A stretch of DNA of 64,000 nt from Octopus bimaculoides (Eukaryota), in the NCBI RefSeq assembly GCF_001194135.2, contig NC_069002.1:28571136-28635135 (forward strand), in the 5' to 3' direction. Below are positions 1 through 12,700 of the stretch, in pieces. Numbering within the stretch: the first letter of the stretch is position 1; every line of letters begins with the position of its first letter. The notes under the pieces were generated by a model, which was given only the letters and a program-made list of their open reading frames with translations, made no database searches and was not told the origin of the DNA. The position numbers and the translations under genes were made by a program.

Positions 1-544
1 AATTTCTTTAATATACTTGCCAATATTTCTTGACAAAGCAAAAGCTGTGAATGAATCCCCTGCCTATCTTATATATATATNNNNNNNNNNNNNNNNNNNN
101 NNNNNNNNNNNNNNNNNNNNNNNNNNNNNNNNNNNNNNNNNNNNNNNNNNNNNNNNNNNNNNNNNNNNNNNNNNNNNNNNNNNNNNNNNNNNNNNNNNNN
201 NNNNNNNNNNNNNNNNNNNNNNNNNAAAAAGAGAGAGAGTAACAAAGACTTAAGCATTGTTAGAAAAATATCGGCTGTCAAAGCGTAACGCTGTATCGGC
301 GAGACAGATGTATTTTATTTATTTATATCACAACATATAATAAATTATGATTTTGAATGTGATAGTTCAATTCCACCGAGGTCAAACTTTATTTCATCGA
401 CTTTGGGGGAAAGAAAAGCAAAATGCCAGTTAAGTACTAGGGTGGTGGGGAGAGTAACCCCACTCCCGTCGACATTTTTGCTATTGTACTTAATCAGAAA
501 CTGTTATAATAACGGCTTGTAGTTTAGGCACAAGACCTGCTATT

Positions 545-990
545 TTAAGGGGACGTGTTTAGCCGATACCGTTGACCCCATTACTGATGCTTTATTTTAT
601 CAACCCCGATAGGATAAATGACAAAGTTGATCTCGGCGGGATCTGTTCTGTGTTCAAATCCCGCCGAGTTCAACTTTGCTTTCATCCGTTCTGGGCGGAG
701 GTTAGTAGACGGTATCGGCTAATTCCACCCCTTCAAAAACTGCTGGCCTTGTGTCTAAACCAGAAAGAAACAATTATAATTGCTTCAAATTTTGGCAGAA
801 GATCAATTTTAGGGAAATGGCATTAGTTGATTATATCGATCTCAGTACTTGACTGCTACTAAACCTCATCCACCCCAAAAGGATGAAAGACAAAATTAAC
901 CTCATCCGTATTTGAACTCAAGAATATAAAGAAGTGTGAAAAATGTTGGAAAACATTTTTTTCCGTCGCTTTAACGATTCTGCCAACTAA
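545..990. mobile_element. Cluster of tRNA-derived SINE family B fragments in both orientations
   Basis: Matches to the family-B core (gagttcaaat..ccgccgag.tcaactttgctttcatcc) at ~660-700 on plus. Reverse copies (atcgaccccgataggataaatgacaaagttgatctcggcgg; gaaaggatgaaagacaaa...tttgaactcaagaa) lie at ~600-640 and ~830-925. Confidence 0.75.
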
Positions 991-2109
991 TTGCCATAGA
1001 AACAATTATAATACAGGTGAGAAAAAGTGTGTTTAAAAGGTGTTATGTAATTATTTTTACAACTTTTTAATATCATAACTTCATAGCGATTAAGAAATAC
1101 ATAATATAAATATTTGTGAAACTTTCACTTTTGGATATAACGTAAGAAAATGCTCTGTTTTTTTTTTTTTCCTTTTCGAAACAGAATCTAAATTTTAGTT
1201 TTATGTTTTTCACAAACTTAACATTGATTCGGTGCCAGTTTTTGAAGGATTTTGCCAATATCGTAGAGGCGGGAATAAAATTGTACATTCAGAATTCAGT
1301 TCAACCTATTCCTTACATTCTCAGCATATCAGCTTTTGTGGCTTTAGTTTCAAATCTTTGGCGATTTTCCCAAAGAGCTCTGGCACAAGAAAGGAAAACT
1401 CTGTAAATTTATCCTACCCCATATCAAAAGAAGAAAGCAACGTTCGTAGTAGGACTAGATTTTAATCAGCTTCTTTTTTTTTCTTCTTTGTTGCTATTTA
1501 AAGATATTACATAGAAATGTTACCCCTAATCCACGGTTGCCAAAACTTCAGTTATTTTTCTGCAAAATAAACGGCTAGAACAGCGAGATAGATGTGGAGA
1601 TGGTGGGGGTAGGTAGCTACAGCAATTTAGGAATATATACAGATTCTTCCACATGGAAATTGATAATGTGAAACAGTTACGTTACAATAACATGGCTTCG
1701 ATACTCTGGAAATAAGACTGTCTAAATTAACCGAAAGATCAAAGGGAACTGTACAGGTATTATTAATATATTCAATGACAGAACGAAAACCTACGCTTTC
1801 TGATAGACATCATGATTCTCTTTCTGACTAAAACATTAACTAGAAAGATATTAATAATACTAATTGGTGTATTAGTTATAATAGATAATAGGAACGAAAC
1901 ATAAATAGCAGACTGAGGTTTACAACTTCAAACAATACCAAAAATGGTTCTATGAAGTACAGCTTACGTTCTTTGTGAAACACTTGTAATTCAGGAAAAG
2001 AAAACACACGACACATTCCTCGTGACCATTTTCCTACATAAGACATCTCACGTGATAACTTTCTCTACGCTAAACACATGTTCTTCACAATCGCATCCTT
2101 ATATATATC

Positions 2110-2140
<31 letters not shown>

Positions 2141-2273
2141 ACATGCACAATAAACATGATATTCAGAAACTAAATGATAATAATATTCACAGACAAATTA
2201 TTTGTAACACCAATATTCCAAGTACACCAAAAGACAATACTCCATACACTTCAGGAAGACAGGTGCTTTGAAC

Positions 2274-2328
2274 GTAGTAGTAGTAGTAGCAGCAGTAGTA
2301 GTAGTAGTGGTGGTGGTGGTGGTGGTAG
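2274..2328 (+). repeat. (TAG)n/(CAG)/(TGG)n compound trinucleotide microsatellite
   Basis: gtagtagtagtagtagcagcagtagtagtagtagtggtggtggtggtggtggtag. It explains the poly-Ser/Gly ORF in the track. Confidence 0.95.
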
Positions 2329-2774
2329 TGCAGCTGTTTATATTGATTTCCATTGTTTACGTTTTTTTCGATTTCTAATGCACATTTTCTTTTCTCTCTC
2401 TTCTTCGTTTCAGATTCCAGCGAGATATTGGGAGACAATGTGGAGAATGTTAATTAAAGCGTGATGTGGACGTTTCGCAGAGAATATCGAACCGAAGACA
2501 TTATTTTTTGGGGAAAAAAATGGCACAGAAAACCAGCCTTCAACGATGGCGGCTCAAACAGAAAGTGAACGGAATGAAATAAAGCAAGATGTCCAAAACC
2601 TCATTGACAAAGTTGTGTTTTGTGATAGAAAAAATATAATAAAAATATAAAGGAATGCTAACACGACTAACTTGCTGTTTGTTAATCCATGAAGAAAAAC
2701 AACTGGAGACAATAATGAGAGGGTGGGGGACAAGAAAATATGAGAAGAGACTGTCGTAAAAAAAAAATAGAAAA

Positions 2775-2918
2775 AAGGGCCTGTTTCTTATAAACTAAAG
2801 TGTGATTATTTCACGTGGGCTTTTTGTGTAACCAAATGTTGTATCTGCTCTGACAGTGGTCCATTTTATCCAGCTCTATTTCTCCTTCCTGTTTGAAAAT
2901 CATCAGATCATCCATATA
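2775..2918 (-). pseudogene. Short non-LTR retrotransposon RT fragment (YxDD motif)
   Basis: Minus strand reads YMDDLMIFKQEGEIELDKM..., then FGYTK after a frameshift. This resembles the YMDDLKL...FGLxKC region of R4/RTE-type RT. The match is short and degraded. Confidence 0.4.
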
Positions 2919-5859
2919 CAGACACACATGTCTACAAACACACAGACGTATACATTCATACATAAGTGCATCTACGAGTACACACGCCTACAGACACAGA
3001 CTTCTCAGTTTTTTTTTCCTAGCGAATAGTCATTGCTTTTAGTTGTACAAACAGTGATTGACTGAACACATGAAAATCTGCTATTTGTAGTGTTTTTTTT
3101 TTTTAGCTTAAATATTTACTGAACGAGAGAGAGAGGTTATGCCCAATATTTTGTAATGGAACTAGACTGTCTCTTTTTAAAAAACTTTTTATGGGATTAT
3201 TACAATTATAACTGAATTATCATTTGTCCAAACTGTTTGTTCCAATTGAAGATTTTTTTATTTTCGTTGAAATCAACTTCATTAACTGAATACCCACGTG
3301 ACTATGTTTTCAGACGTGCTAGTTTGAAATATCTTGGAATGAGAATGGTTGCATGATAGGAAGAAACTAGAATCAATGAAAAAAATAAATAATAAAAAAG
3401 AAAAGAACAAAAATATAACAGCAAGTATCGGAAGCAAAATGCATCAATTTAAAAACAGCGAACTCTGTCAATCAATCAATCAATCAGTTTTTAGATATGT
3501 CGATCGAATATTTAGTAAATTCACAACAATCGTTTCATTCAATCCATTATTTTAATTTTTGCTAACATTGTTACCATTTTTTTAAATTCTGAGATATTTC
3601 GCATCAATGATTATTTTAGTCGGTGATACTTGGTTTGTCATAACTACAACAAAAGTGTGAGATGCTAGACGGAAAAAAATAAATTTGGTGAAACGTGGGA
3701 TATCAAATTTAGTGCAGCAAACAAACACATTTTCCTAACCAAGTGTTTGAAAATTATGCTCCAATCTAGTCTACTAATGCTGAGCAACATTGAAACATTT
3801 ACACAGGATGCGATTAAAAAAAAAAAACACCTCCAAGATCTACCATTCATGATAATCATTTCAACAAGAAAGGTTACGGTAGACACCAATTCAAAAAAAT
3901 CTTGGTAACAAAAACTAAACGATAAAACATTAGCCACATGAAAAAAACCCTTCCTTCCTTCCTACCTACCCAACTTCACTAGCGCCACACCAATAGCAGT
4001 GATAACCGTGTAAAATATAAGGAGGTTTTCGTATCGCAGCTTGTATTGAATGCATGCATTATATAACAAAGTATATATCGATAGATATCAAATGATATCG
4101 CTTCTTTCTTGATCAGCAGGGAATATCTGGCGGTTTTGTATTTTCGATAAAATAATTTAATTATCATTTGTAAGTATGATAGATGGAAATTTTGGTGTTT
4201 GCAAGCAAATATGATATTAAATAAAATATCTTGAAAGTGTAGACTGTTAATATTGTCCTTTGTTTTCCTAAACTGACATGTCTGTAGAAATAATTCAAAG
4301 AGACAAAAGTTCTTCAGAAACCAGAGCTAGAGGCCTTTATGTGCCGGTTTATTGTATCAATACGCATCTCGAAATCTTTAAATAAGATTCTCAAGAAGCT
4401 TTTATGTATTAAAAACTTTCATGTACAAAAGGTACAAACGTAGATTTAAAACGTATTGATGGAGATTCACGTTTTCTCAATACATCTTACTTGTTGATTA
4501 TCCATGGATTCGCTGATAACAATAGCGACTGGTGTAATATCTAATAATATAACAAACTGAAAGTTGTTGGAATGGACAACTTTTAAAATGGTGCCTTTGT
4601 TAGTGTACAATGTCCAATGCAAAGAAACGTAGCCTCGTCGAACAATGATCGTTAAATCGACTCGTTAAATTCAAGTAGCGATCGAATAGATTTTGCAAGT
4701 ATTAATTAGTTGATGAACTGTTATACAGACAGTGAAATTATTTAGGAGAAAATTAAATTTGTGGCCAGGAGGCGATGTTTCTTCTGTAAGTCTATCAGAA
4801 CAAATGCAAAACTATGCTTACATAAATAGTAGGGTGATGGAGCAGTGGATGAGGTAACAAGAAGGCATCAGCTGGCATCTGCTTGTGATCTAGTGTAGAA
4901 CACTTCATTCTCTATTGCTTCTATGTAACTATTTAGAATAAGCACAAAGCTATATGAAAGTATTAACTATGGTATAGACAGACGAGAGATAAACATCCCC
5001 CTGGATGAAACGTCAGTTTCATGGCATGGGAACAGAGCTAAGTGCTGATTTTTAAGAACTATCTCTTATAGTAATTAAAGATATTTTTTTTATGTATATA
5101 TTTTAATCAACCCTAAACAACTTAGCAACGCAAACCCAAGGTTGGTTGTCAAACCACCATTAAAGCTCAAATAACTTGCTAATCAAAACGCCATTACAGG
5201 TAATTACAGGATACTATGACTAATTTAAATAAACAAGAGCACATAAAATGTGTTATTTTTGTTGTTGTTGTTGTTGTTGTTAGGGTCTTCTTACTTAAGA
5301 AAGGCTGAACTAAAAACAATGCCTTGTGTCATATATGATGTTTATCAATAGGTCGAAACAAATAAGTCTTTTGGTTGCAATAACATTTTTAATATAAACA
5401 ATGAATAACATTAATAGAAACTATTTCCTGTTTCTACAGGTGTGTATTATGATGTCTGCTAATATAAAGATATCTTATTAAGTTTGTTCACCGAGTACAC
5501 TGGCTTCGTTTAATACTTTATTATTATTATTATTTTCTTGTTGCTTTCAAAAGAAAACATTTGAGTGTATGTGTATGCGTGTGTTTATATACCAGATTGT
5601 GTTTATCTAACAGGTATGATTGAGTACATTGAAAAATATACAATTCCGGTACATGTTTTTCGAGGATGCCAAAGCTCGGAAACATCACCTCACCGTCCAA
5701 CTGAATATGTTATAGAATATGTTCTTTAAATTGTTAAAAATTCGTTTAAATATAATAAAGGTTGTTTAAAATTAATAAAATATTAAAAAAATCAAAAAAA
5801 AATCGGGATTTTGTAAAGTTGGAACGAACTTTGGTTTCAACAATAGTGTCACAGGGTAC

Positions 5860-5922
5860 ACACATATATACATGTGATTGTGTGTGTGCATATATGTGTG
5901 TGTGTGTGTGTATATATATACA

Positions 5923-5969
<47 letters not shown>

Positions 5970-6130
5970 GCATGTGAATATAATATACACACGCACAATC
6001 CATGTGAGTACAGTATATGTATATGCGTATCTGTATAATATACATGTATGTATATATAATATATTCATCCGAATGTATGCATGTGATGTGTGTCTGTGTG
6101 TGGGTGTGGGTGTATTTATATATGTGTGTG
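5860..6130 (+). repeat. (TA)n/(TG)n compound microsatellite
   Basis: Runs of tgtgtg and tatata with interspersed variants. Confidence 0.95.
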
Positions 6131-6528
6131 TGATTTTACTAAATTCTTCTCTGAATTCTATCTCAAAACGGTCAATTACAAAACGCCTGGCTGTTTTAAA
6201 TGTCTTTGTTTTTTGTTTTAGCGTAAACATTTCCAAGAATTTATAAACACCTAAGTTTGTGCATAGATGCAGGAATATATGGTCATACTTGTATTCAATT
6301 AATGTATGTACATACCGCTTTAGTACATGATTGTATACAATTACTTTTTATATATAGATTTGCGTGTGTGTGTAAGCCATATACACATCTGTGGTTGTGG
6401 ATAAACGTTTAATTCTAGGGTATTCAAATGAAGAACATTCAAATGCAAGAATCTGTTGAACGTTTTATAAATCTTCACTATACAACTAATCGATATGTAT
6501 GTAAACATGAACATATATATATATATAT

Positions 6529-6688
6529 GGGAGAATATACAAAAAATAACAACAGACGAGGACAGGTGGTGTAAATAACAAAAGTATATATTAGTATGAC
6601 GCTCGGGAATACGGAAAGTCTTTGACGTTTCGAGCTACGCTCTTCAACAGAAAGAATACGGAGACAAGGAGAAAAACACGGAGAAAAA
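6529..6688 (-). mobile_element. Penelope-like pseudo-LTR fragment, copy 1, embedded in (TA)n
   Basis: About 90% identical to 15074-15235 (gggagaat...acagacgaggacaggtggtgtaaataacaaaa...gacgctcgggaatacggaaagtctttgacgtttcgag.tacgctcttcaacagaaagaatacggagacaaggagaaaaacacggag). It contains a hammerhead motif and abuts (TA)n. The Penelope assignment is inferred from the minimal hammerhead. Confidence 0.65.
6619..6655 (-). ncRNA. Minimal type I hammerhead ribozyme, variant core CUGUUGA
   Basis: Minus strand: UCUUU-CUGUUGA-A-GAGC(gua)GCUC-GAA-ACGU-C-AAAGA. Stem I is 5 bp, stem II is 4 bp, stem III is the palindromic ACGU and the cleavage triplet is GUC. Confidence 0.6.
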
Positions 6689-7119
6689 TATATATGCATG
6701 TATGTGTGTGTGTATATCTAAGTATAGATGTTTCTATGTATTCATTCCTTTAGATATCTATCAAGCGTGTGACAGTGAAAAAAAGATGCATCCATCAGCG
6801 GGAAACAGAGAGAGAGAGCGTGACTTAGAACTGAGTTTCTCAAGTTAATTCAATTCATTTGCCAAACAATAAATGTTCTGCATCTGCGAGTGTTTTTAAG
6901 TAAAATTTGGATATGCGTCAGCACTGCCAATTACTTAAACAAAATAATACTGTTGGAATATTATTTTCTCTATGATTTTTTTGTTTTTTTATTAATTTCT
7001 TTCAATCACAGACTTATTTCTCCTAACATGCCTTGCCAATTGGTTTCGATTTTAGCCCGATTTGTTTTAAAGAGAAAAGAACGAAGTAAATATATCTAAA
7101 TAAATAATGGTTTATAATT

Positions 7120-7800
7120 TAGACACAAAGCCAGAATTTTAAGGGGAGAGAAAGTTAATCGATATCATCGAGATCAATACTTGACTGATACTTTATTTAA
7201 TCGACCATTGAAAGAAGAAGACAATGTTGAATTTGGTGGGATTTGAACGGAGAATGTAAAAAGCCGCAAACATTTAGGCTCACAACCAAATATTTTAAGG
7301 GAAAACGGTTAATCTGTACCATTGATTGCAGTATTTGAATTTATTTTATCGACTCGAGAAGGATGACAGGTAAAGCTGGACTCGAGAAGGATGACAGGTA
7401 AAGCTGGCCTCGGTAAAACTTTAATACACAGCGGAAAGAGGCGGAAGCATATCTATGTGAATAATGAACCTCTTCTGTTCAGGGTCTCTTCTGCGGTTCC
7501 TGCTTTCATTTTAAGGATTATTTACTTCATAAATAAACAAATAAATGTCTATAATATGGCGGTGAATGGCAGAGTCGGTAGAACGCCCACTGGAAATGCT
7601 TCGTGTCATTTGTTCTGATTTGCTGCGCTCACTGCTCAGATGCTGTTGAGGTCAACTCTGCTTCTCGTCCTTTCGGTGGTCGATAAACAAAGAAAAAAAA
7701 AACGATACAAGGTGGTAACTTGGTGGAACTGTAGAAATATCGAATCAGATACCTTGAGATATTTGTTGCAGCCCTTTGGGTTCTGAGTTCATGCACCACT
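7120..7800. mobile_element. Cluster of decayed SINE family B copies, including a 28-bp perfect tandem duplication at 7351-7406
   Basis: Reverse copies at ~7120-7260 and ~7290-7430, and a plus copy at ~7555-7745 (ggcagagtcggtagaacgcc...gaggtcaactctgcttctcgtcctttcggtggtcgataaa). gactcgagaaggatgacaggtaaagctg occurs twice in tandem. Confidence 0.7.
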
Positions 7801-8371
7801 ATGGACTACTTGCGTGGCAGACTTAAATCCATTGCCGTTTAGAACCACTTTGGAGACCATTAGCAGAATGTACTAGGCTGCAAGCATTTGGTCCAATTTG
7901 AGAATTCTTCCCCATCCCTCCTATTAATCGAGGTGAGCCTAGAACGGGACATGGGCCCTGCCTTTCTTCCCGACAAAAAGACAATACCTTTATATAATCA
8001 TAATTACTCGTTGATACAAAATACGCTCTAGTTATATTTTCTTCTGTTATGGCATTTATATCATCTGCTGCTTTCATTTGGTCACATGAAGCATTCTCTT
8101 AATGTTTATTGATTTAAGTATTAAAGTGTAGTGGGTTACGGAAATATCGGACTTAGAGGGAAGTGGGGGGGGGGGTTCTGGTAAGAAATACACGACTATT
8201 GAATCAGGGACAAACATTCTGGCAGACACAGATCAAAATTCATTCACACAGGGTAATTGGAACATTGTTATCACATGGCCAGAACCGCAAACAACATATA
8301 TATACATTACATGATTAAATGACAAGAAAATGAACCGCGATCATTTTGTTGGTAACTTACGTTGTTATAGG

Positions 8372-8406
<35 letters not shown>

Positions 8407-8579
8407 GACTATTATTATTACTACTACTACGTTAATGGTTCCAGCTAGTTTGGTTGTGGGCCGGCTGAGGCGCTACAACCCAAACAGTTACAATTCATTT
8501 GTCACTATGCATTAAAGACATTTAAACATAATAGGATTGACATAGAAAATGCTGTTGGTCTATTGTTAAAAGGGTTGCG

Positions 8580-8980
8580 AATTAACACCATAAATCTCTG
8601 TGCGAGCGTATGTGGATATCTGTGTACGTGAATGAGCGTATGTGCATCTGCACGTTTGTGCGTGTATGTGCACTTGCGAGCGTATATGTTCGTGTACGAG
8701 CGTATACGCGCGCATGACTGCATATGCACGTTTGTTCGAGTGTGCATGTGCGAAAGTATATGCACGTATGAATGTATAAGGACGTGTGTAAGTGTATATG
8801 CACGTGTGCTAGCGAATATGCACGTGCGCGGTCGTATATGTACGTGCGCGCGATCGTATGTGTACGTGCGCGCGATCGTATGTGTACGTGCGCGCGATCG
8901 TATGTGTTCGTGCGCGTGTGTATACGTACATGCATGGCCGCTTATGTAGGTGTTCGTATGTGCACTGCACGTATGTGTGC
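8580..8980 (+). repeat. CpG-rich purine/pyrimidine-alternating minisatellite
   Basis: Unit tacgtgcgcgcgatcgtatgtg repeated about 3 times at ~8840-8910, within a degenerate gtgc/gtat/acgt tract. Confidence 0.9.
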
Positions 8981-9189
8981 CAAAGATAAAGCGTTGTGCC
9001 CTCTATTTCAGTTAGCGATAAACTTGTGATAAACTAATATGAAAGAAAAGCTAACGTAATTATGGATCAACAATGTTGTATTCGATGAATAAAATGGATT
9101 TCTTTAACAAATCAGTTATGCTGAAGTCAATAATGTTATGTAGCAACATACTTGTTCTATTAGGAGTAGGTTACAGTATAAAAAAAACA

Positions 9190-9400
9190 AAAGTAATTTT
9201 TAAAATGGTTAAGGAAAGAAAATCAAATTGACAAGAAATCGAAGAACTGCATTGGCAACAAAAGTAAGCTCTACATAAAATGTATGGAAATATATCAATC
9301 AAGTCTCACCTGAAATATGAACGTCTTTCATTTGAAAGGAAGAAGACGCGAGTTTGTATCGTTATGCAATTATTTTTTCAAACTGCCATATTAGTTAGTT
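9190..9400 (+). pseudogene. Possible very old R4/Dong-type LINE RT remnant
   Basis: Reads LKWLRKENQIDKKSK and, frameshifted, HLKYERLSFERK. These are weakly similar to the IxWxxxELxxIDRKTRK and HPKxxxxRLYxxRK motifs of R4-clade RT. Confidence 0.3.
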
Positions 9401-9740
9401 AATCACTGAAGATTAAAAAAAAAAACCTTATGTCAGTCGATATGAGTGTGTGGCGGCTAGGAGTCAATCGCAGAGCAGTGAGGATTCGCATGCTTCAGAA
9501 AAATAATTTTAAAAAAGCCTGAAGAGAGCTTCTGATCAACGAAAAATTCAAATATTTTTCACTTACTGCAACAGATAGGATTTTGGTGGAACTTTATTTC
9601 AGACATTATCAGGAATGCATTTTCTTTGGAATCTTCATTGTTTGTTTTGAGTTTGATTCTTCTTTTAATAAAAGAGCACGTTACCTTTTAAGCTTTCATC
9701 ATAAAAATATGGACAAAGATTGGAAAACATTCGGAAAAGG

Positions 9741-9783
<43 letters not shown>

Positions 9784-10823
9784 TTGTATTCTTGATTGAC
9801 AAACTGTGTTATTCAATTTATTTTCGAATGATGCCAATTCCACTTGGCGGACATTATGCAGTTCTTTATTTTTGATAATTTGGTTTCCAATAAACAAAAA
9901 TACATTAATCAACCAAAAATTGTAATCCTGATAAGTAATTTTCAGTTGTTTATATATATTTTTTAATTTTTATCGTTTCATGACATGTGTTTATTGCAAA
10001 ATGCAAATATCTTAATAATATTACTACTCATCTGAATTGAAGATGTGACGTTTGAGAATAAAATAATGTCAGACAGGAAGGTCGAGCCTAACTTATCGAT
10101 TTATGCCTGATCGTTCTTCTTCCTTTCCTTTTTACGTTCAATTGTGGACTTGATGAATTGTTTCAATTAACGGAGAGAAGGAAAAAAAAATGAAGGAAAA
10201 ATTATCGAACTATTTAAAATACAACATAAAAAATAAAGGATTGTAAAGAAACAATATAATAAAGGAATTTGAAAGAAAATATTACACTCTTTGTAAATGC
10301 TGCTTCCGTCTGTTCTTATTTATATTCTTATATTATTGTTAGATCTATTATTATTATTGTTTCTGATTGTCACTTATATTGTTATATGACAAAGTAAAAA
10401 AGAAAGGAAAATATATTAACAACTTCCTTAATTCAAACTCGTGATATACAGAAGGAAGTTATTTTTTAAAATTATATTAGATGTATATGAAACTGTGACA
10501 CAATTCTATAGATAAATATATCATTGTCATCACCACCAACACCGTCGTCGTTTTATCGTTCAGGTTTCGATGCTTGCATAAGGCAGAGGGAATATTTTGA
10601 AGCAAATATTCTAAATTTCTAAAGTTGAATACCCTTTCTGTCGTCAACCCTTCTCTCTTTCAAAGCAAAGTATTATTTCCTCGTGACAGGACATGTTTTC
10701 ACGGAAGATAAGTGACTAGTTTATAACTTCTGCTGAATGGTATAACAAGGAGATACCAACCGATTATATATATATATATATATACACATATATATATATA
10801 CACATATATATATATATATATAT

Positions 10824-10986
10824 GTGTGTGTATGTAAATCAAATCAATTTCATTGAGACTCCTTAGTACTCTGATTAGTGTCACGCTTGAAACTCAGAGT
10901 ACCAAGGAGTTTGAATCAAACTGTTTTGATCTCTACATGTAACTTCCAATTAATGGGTTGAGTGCTCTTTCGTTTATCTACTGACT

Positions 10987-11027
<41 letters not shown>

Positions 11028-11182
11028 ATGTAAATCAAATCAATTTCATTGAGACTCCTTAGTACTCTGATTAGTGTCACGCTTGAAACTCAGAGTACCA
11101 AGGAGTTTGAATCAAACTGTTTTGATCTCTACATGTAACTTCCAATTAATGGGTTGAGTGCTCTTTCGTTTATCTACTGACT

Positions 11183-11184
<2 letters not shown>
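10824..11184 (+). repeat. Perfect 196-bp tandem duplication bounded by (TA)n tracts
   Basis: gtaaatcaaatcaatttcattgagactcc...tatctactgactcc occurs at 10834-10988 and at 11030-11184, and the two copies read identical by eye. Confidence 0.95.
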
Positions 11185-11216
<32 letters not shown>

Positions 11217-11526
11217 AACATTAGGTTAGTTAAAATATATTTATGACATTTTAACTTCTAAGGGCAAATTAAGTGCAGTTAACGGGGAGAAAACTTTCTC
11301 TCTTGCCATAAAAACACCATATCTGTCCAATGTTGATTTTTTTATTTCCACGTTTTACCATAAAAGACATTCTTTTTCTCCATGATAATAGCAGTGAATT
11401 TGTCTTTAGAAGTTGAAATATGTCAAACATTTTAACCAACCTAAAGTTCTGTTAGGCCTAAACACTGCTTGGCTCAGATACTGCTGCACATGCATGCATG
11501 CACACACACACACATACACACACACA

Positions 11527-11574
<48 letters not shown>

Positions 11575-11940
11575 TACCTGTCTCAGTCATAAGACTGCGA
11601 CTATGCTGGAGTACCACCTTCAAGAATTCCAGTCGTACGAATTGACTCCAGTACTTATTTTTACATAAGCTGGCTACTTATGCTATCGGTCTCGTTTGTC
11701 AAACTGCTAGGTCATGAGGATGTATACACATCAAGAAGTGGTGGAGAACGCGCACGCGTATACACACGACGGTTTTTCAGTTTGCGTCTACCAAATCCAT
11801 TCAAAACTTTGGTCGGCCCAAAGACACTTGCTCAAGGTGCCACACATGGAACCATGTGGTTGGGAACACATGCAACGGTTTTCCTTCAATTTCGGTCTAC
11901 GAAATCCACTCATTAGGCAAACTTCTTAAGCACAGCCACT
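11575..11940 (-). mobile_element. SINE family A copy (decayed)
   Basis: Reverse-complement matches to the family-A tail (cagtcat...atgctggag.accacctt) and head (cttgctcaaggtgccacacatggaaccatgtggttgg...cttaagcacagccac). Confidence 0.8.
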
Positions 11941-12369
11941 TCACGTGTGTTTGTTTTTTTGTGTGTTTATCCCAAATTGAATCACTGACAAGCCGTGTAA
12001 ACCAATTTTACAAAGAAAAAGCAACACAGAAACCTCCTACATGAAAAAATAAAAAATCGATAATATGCAAGTTGAGACTAGGTACACCTGCAGTGCCCCA
12101 GCATGGCCACAGCCTTTAGGCTGAAACGCATAAAAGATTATTGCGTTGAAAGTTCACTATAAACAAACAAATATAATTGATTTGATTCTTACACACAGAC
12201 ATACATGCGCGCGCTCACACACAGAATTCAGAAACAAATTTCCCAAAGTTATTTGAGTTGATGAACCTTGTTAATTAAGAATATAACCGAAATGAGCATT
12301 TATGAAAATTATTCTTAGAAGGAACAAGGGAGATAACTGAAATTTCAGTCAACCAAAAATCAAATGGAT

Positions 12370-12651
12370 TATGTGTGTATGTGTGTGTGTACCGGCGAGT
12401 GTGTGTGTATGTGTGTGTGCGAGTGTGTGTGTTTACGGGCAAGTGTGTGTGTACGGAAGTGTGTGTGTTTATGTGTACGGGCGAGTGTGTGTGTACGGGC
12501 GAGTGTGTGTGTGCGTGTGTACGGGTGAGTGTGTGTGTGTGTGTATACGGGCGAGTGTGTGTGTGTGTGTACGAACGAGTGTGTTCGAGTGTGCTTGAGC
12601 ATGTATGGACGTGTGTGTAAGAGTATATGTATTTGTGTTTTCATTCGTAGA

Positions 12652-12682
<31 letters not shown>

Positions 12683-12700
12683 ATGTGTATTCATGTGTGT
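12370..12700 (+). repeat. (GT)n-derived minisatellite with recurring gtgtgtgtacgggcga unit
   Basis: acgggcgagtgtgtgt recurs several times within (GT)n. Confidence 0.9.

Noticed and set aside
3600-5050. Scattered R4-like phrases (also at 12900-13300)
   Set aside because: Matches are short and not convincingly collinear.
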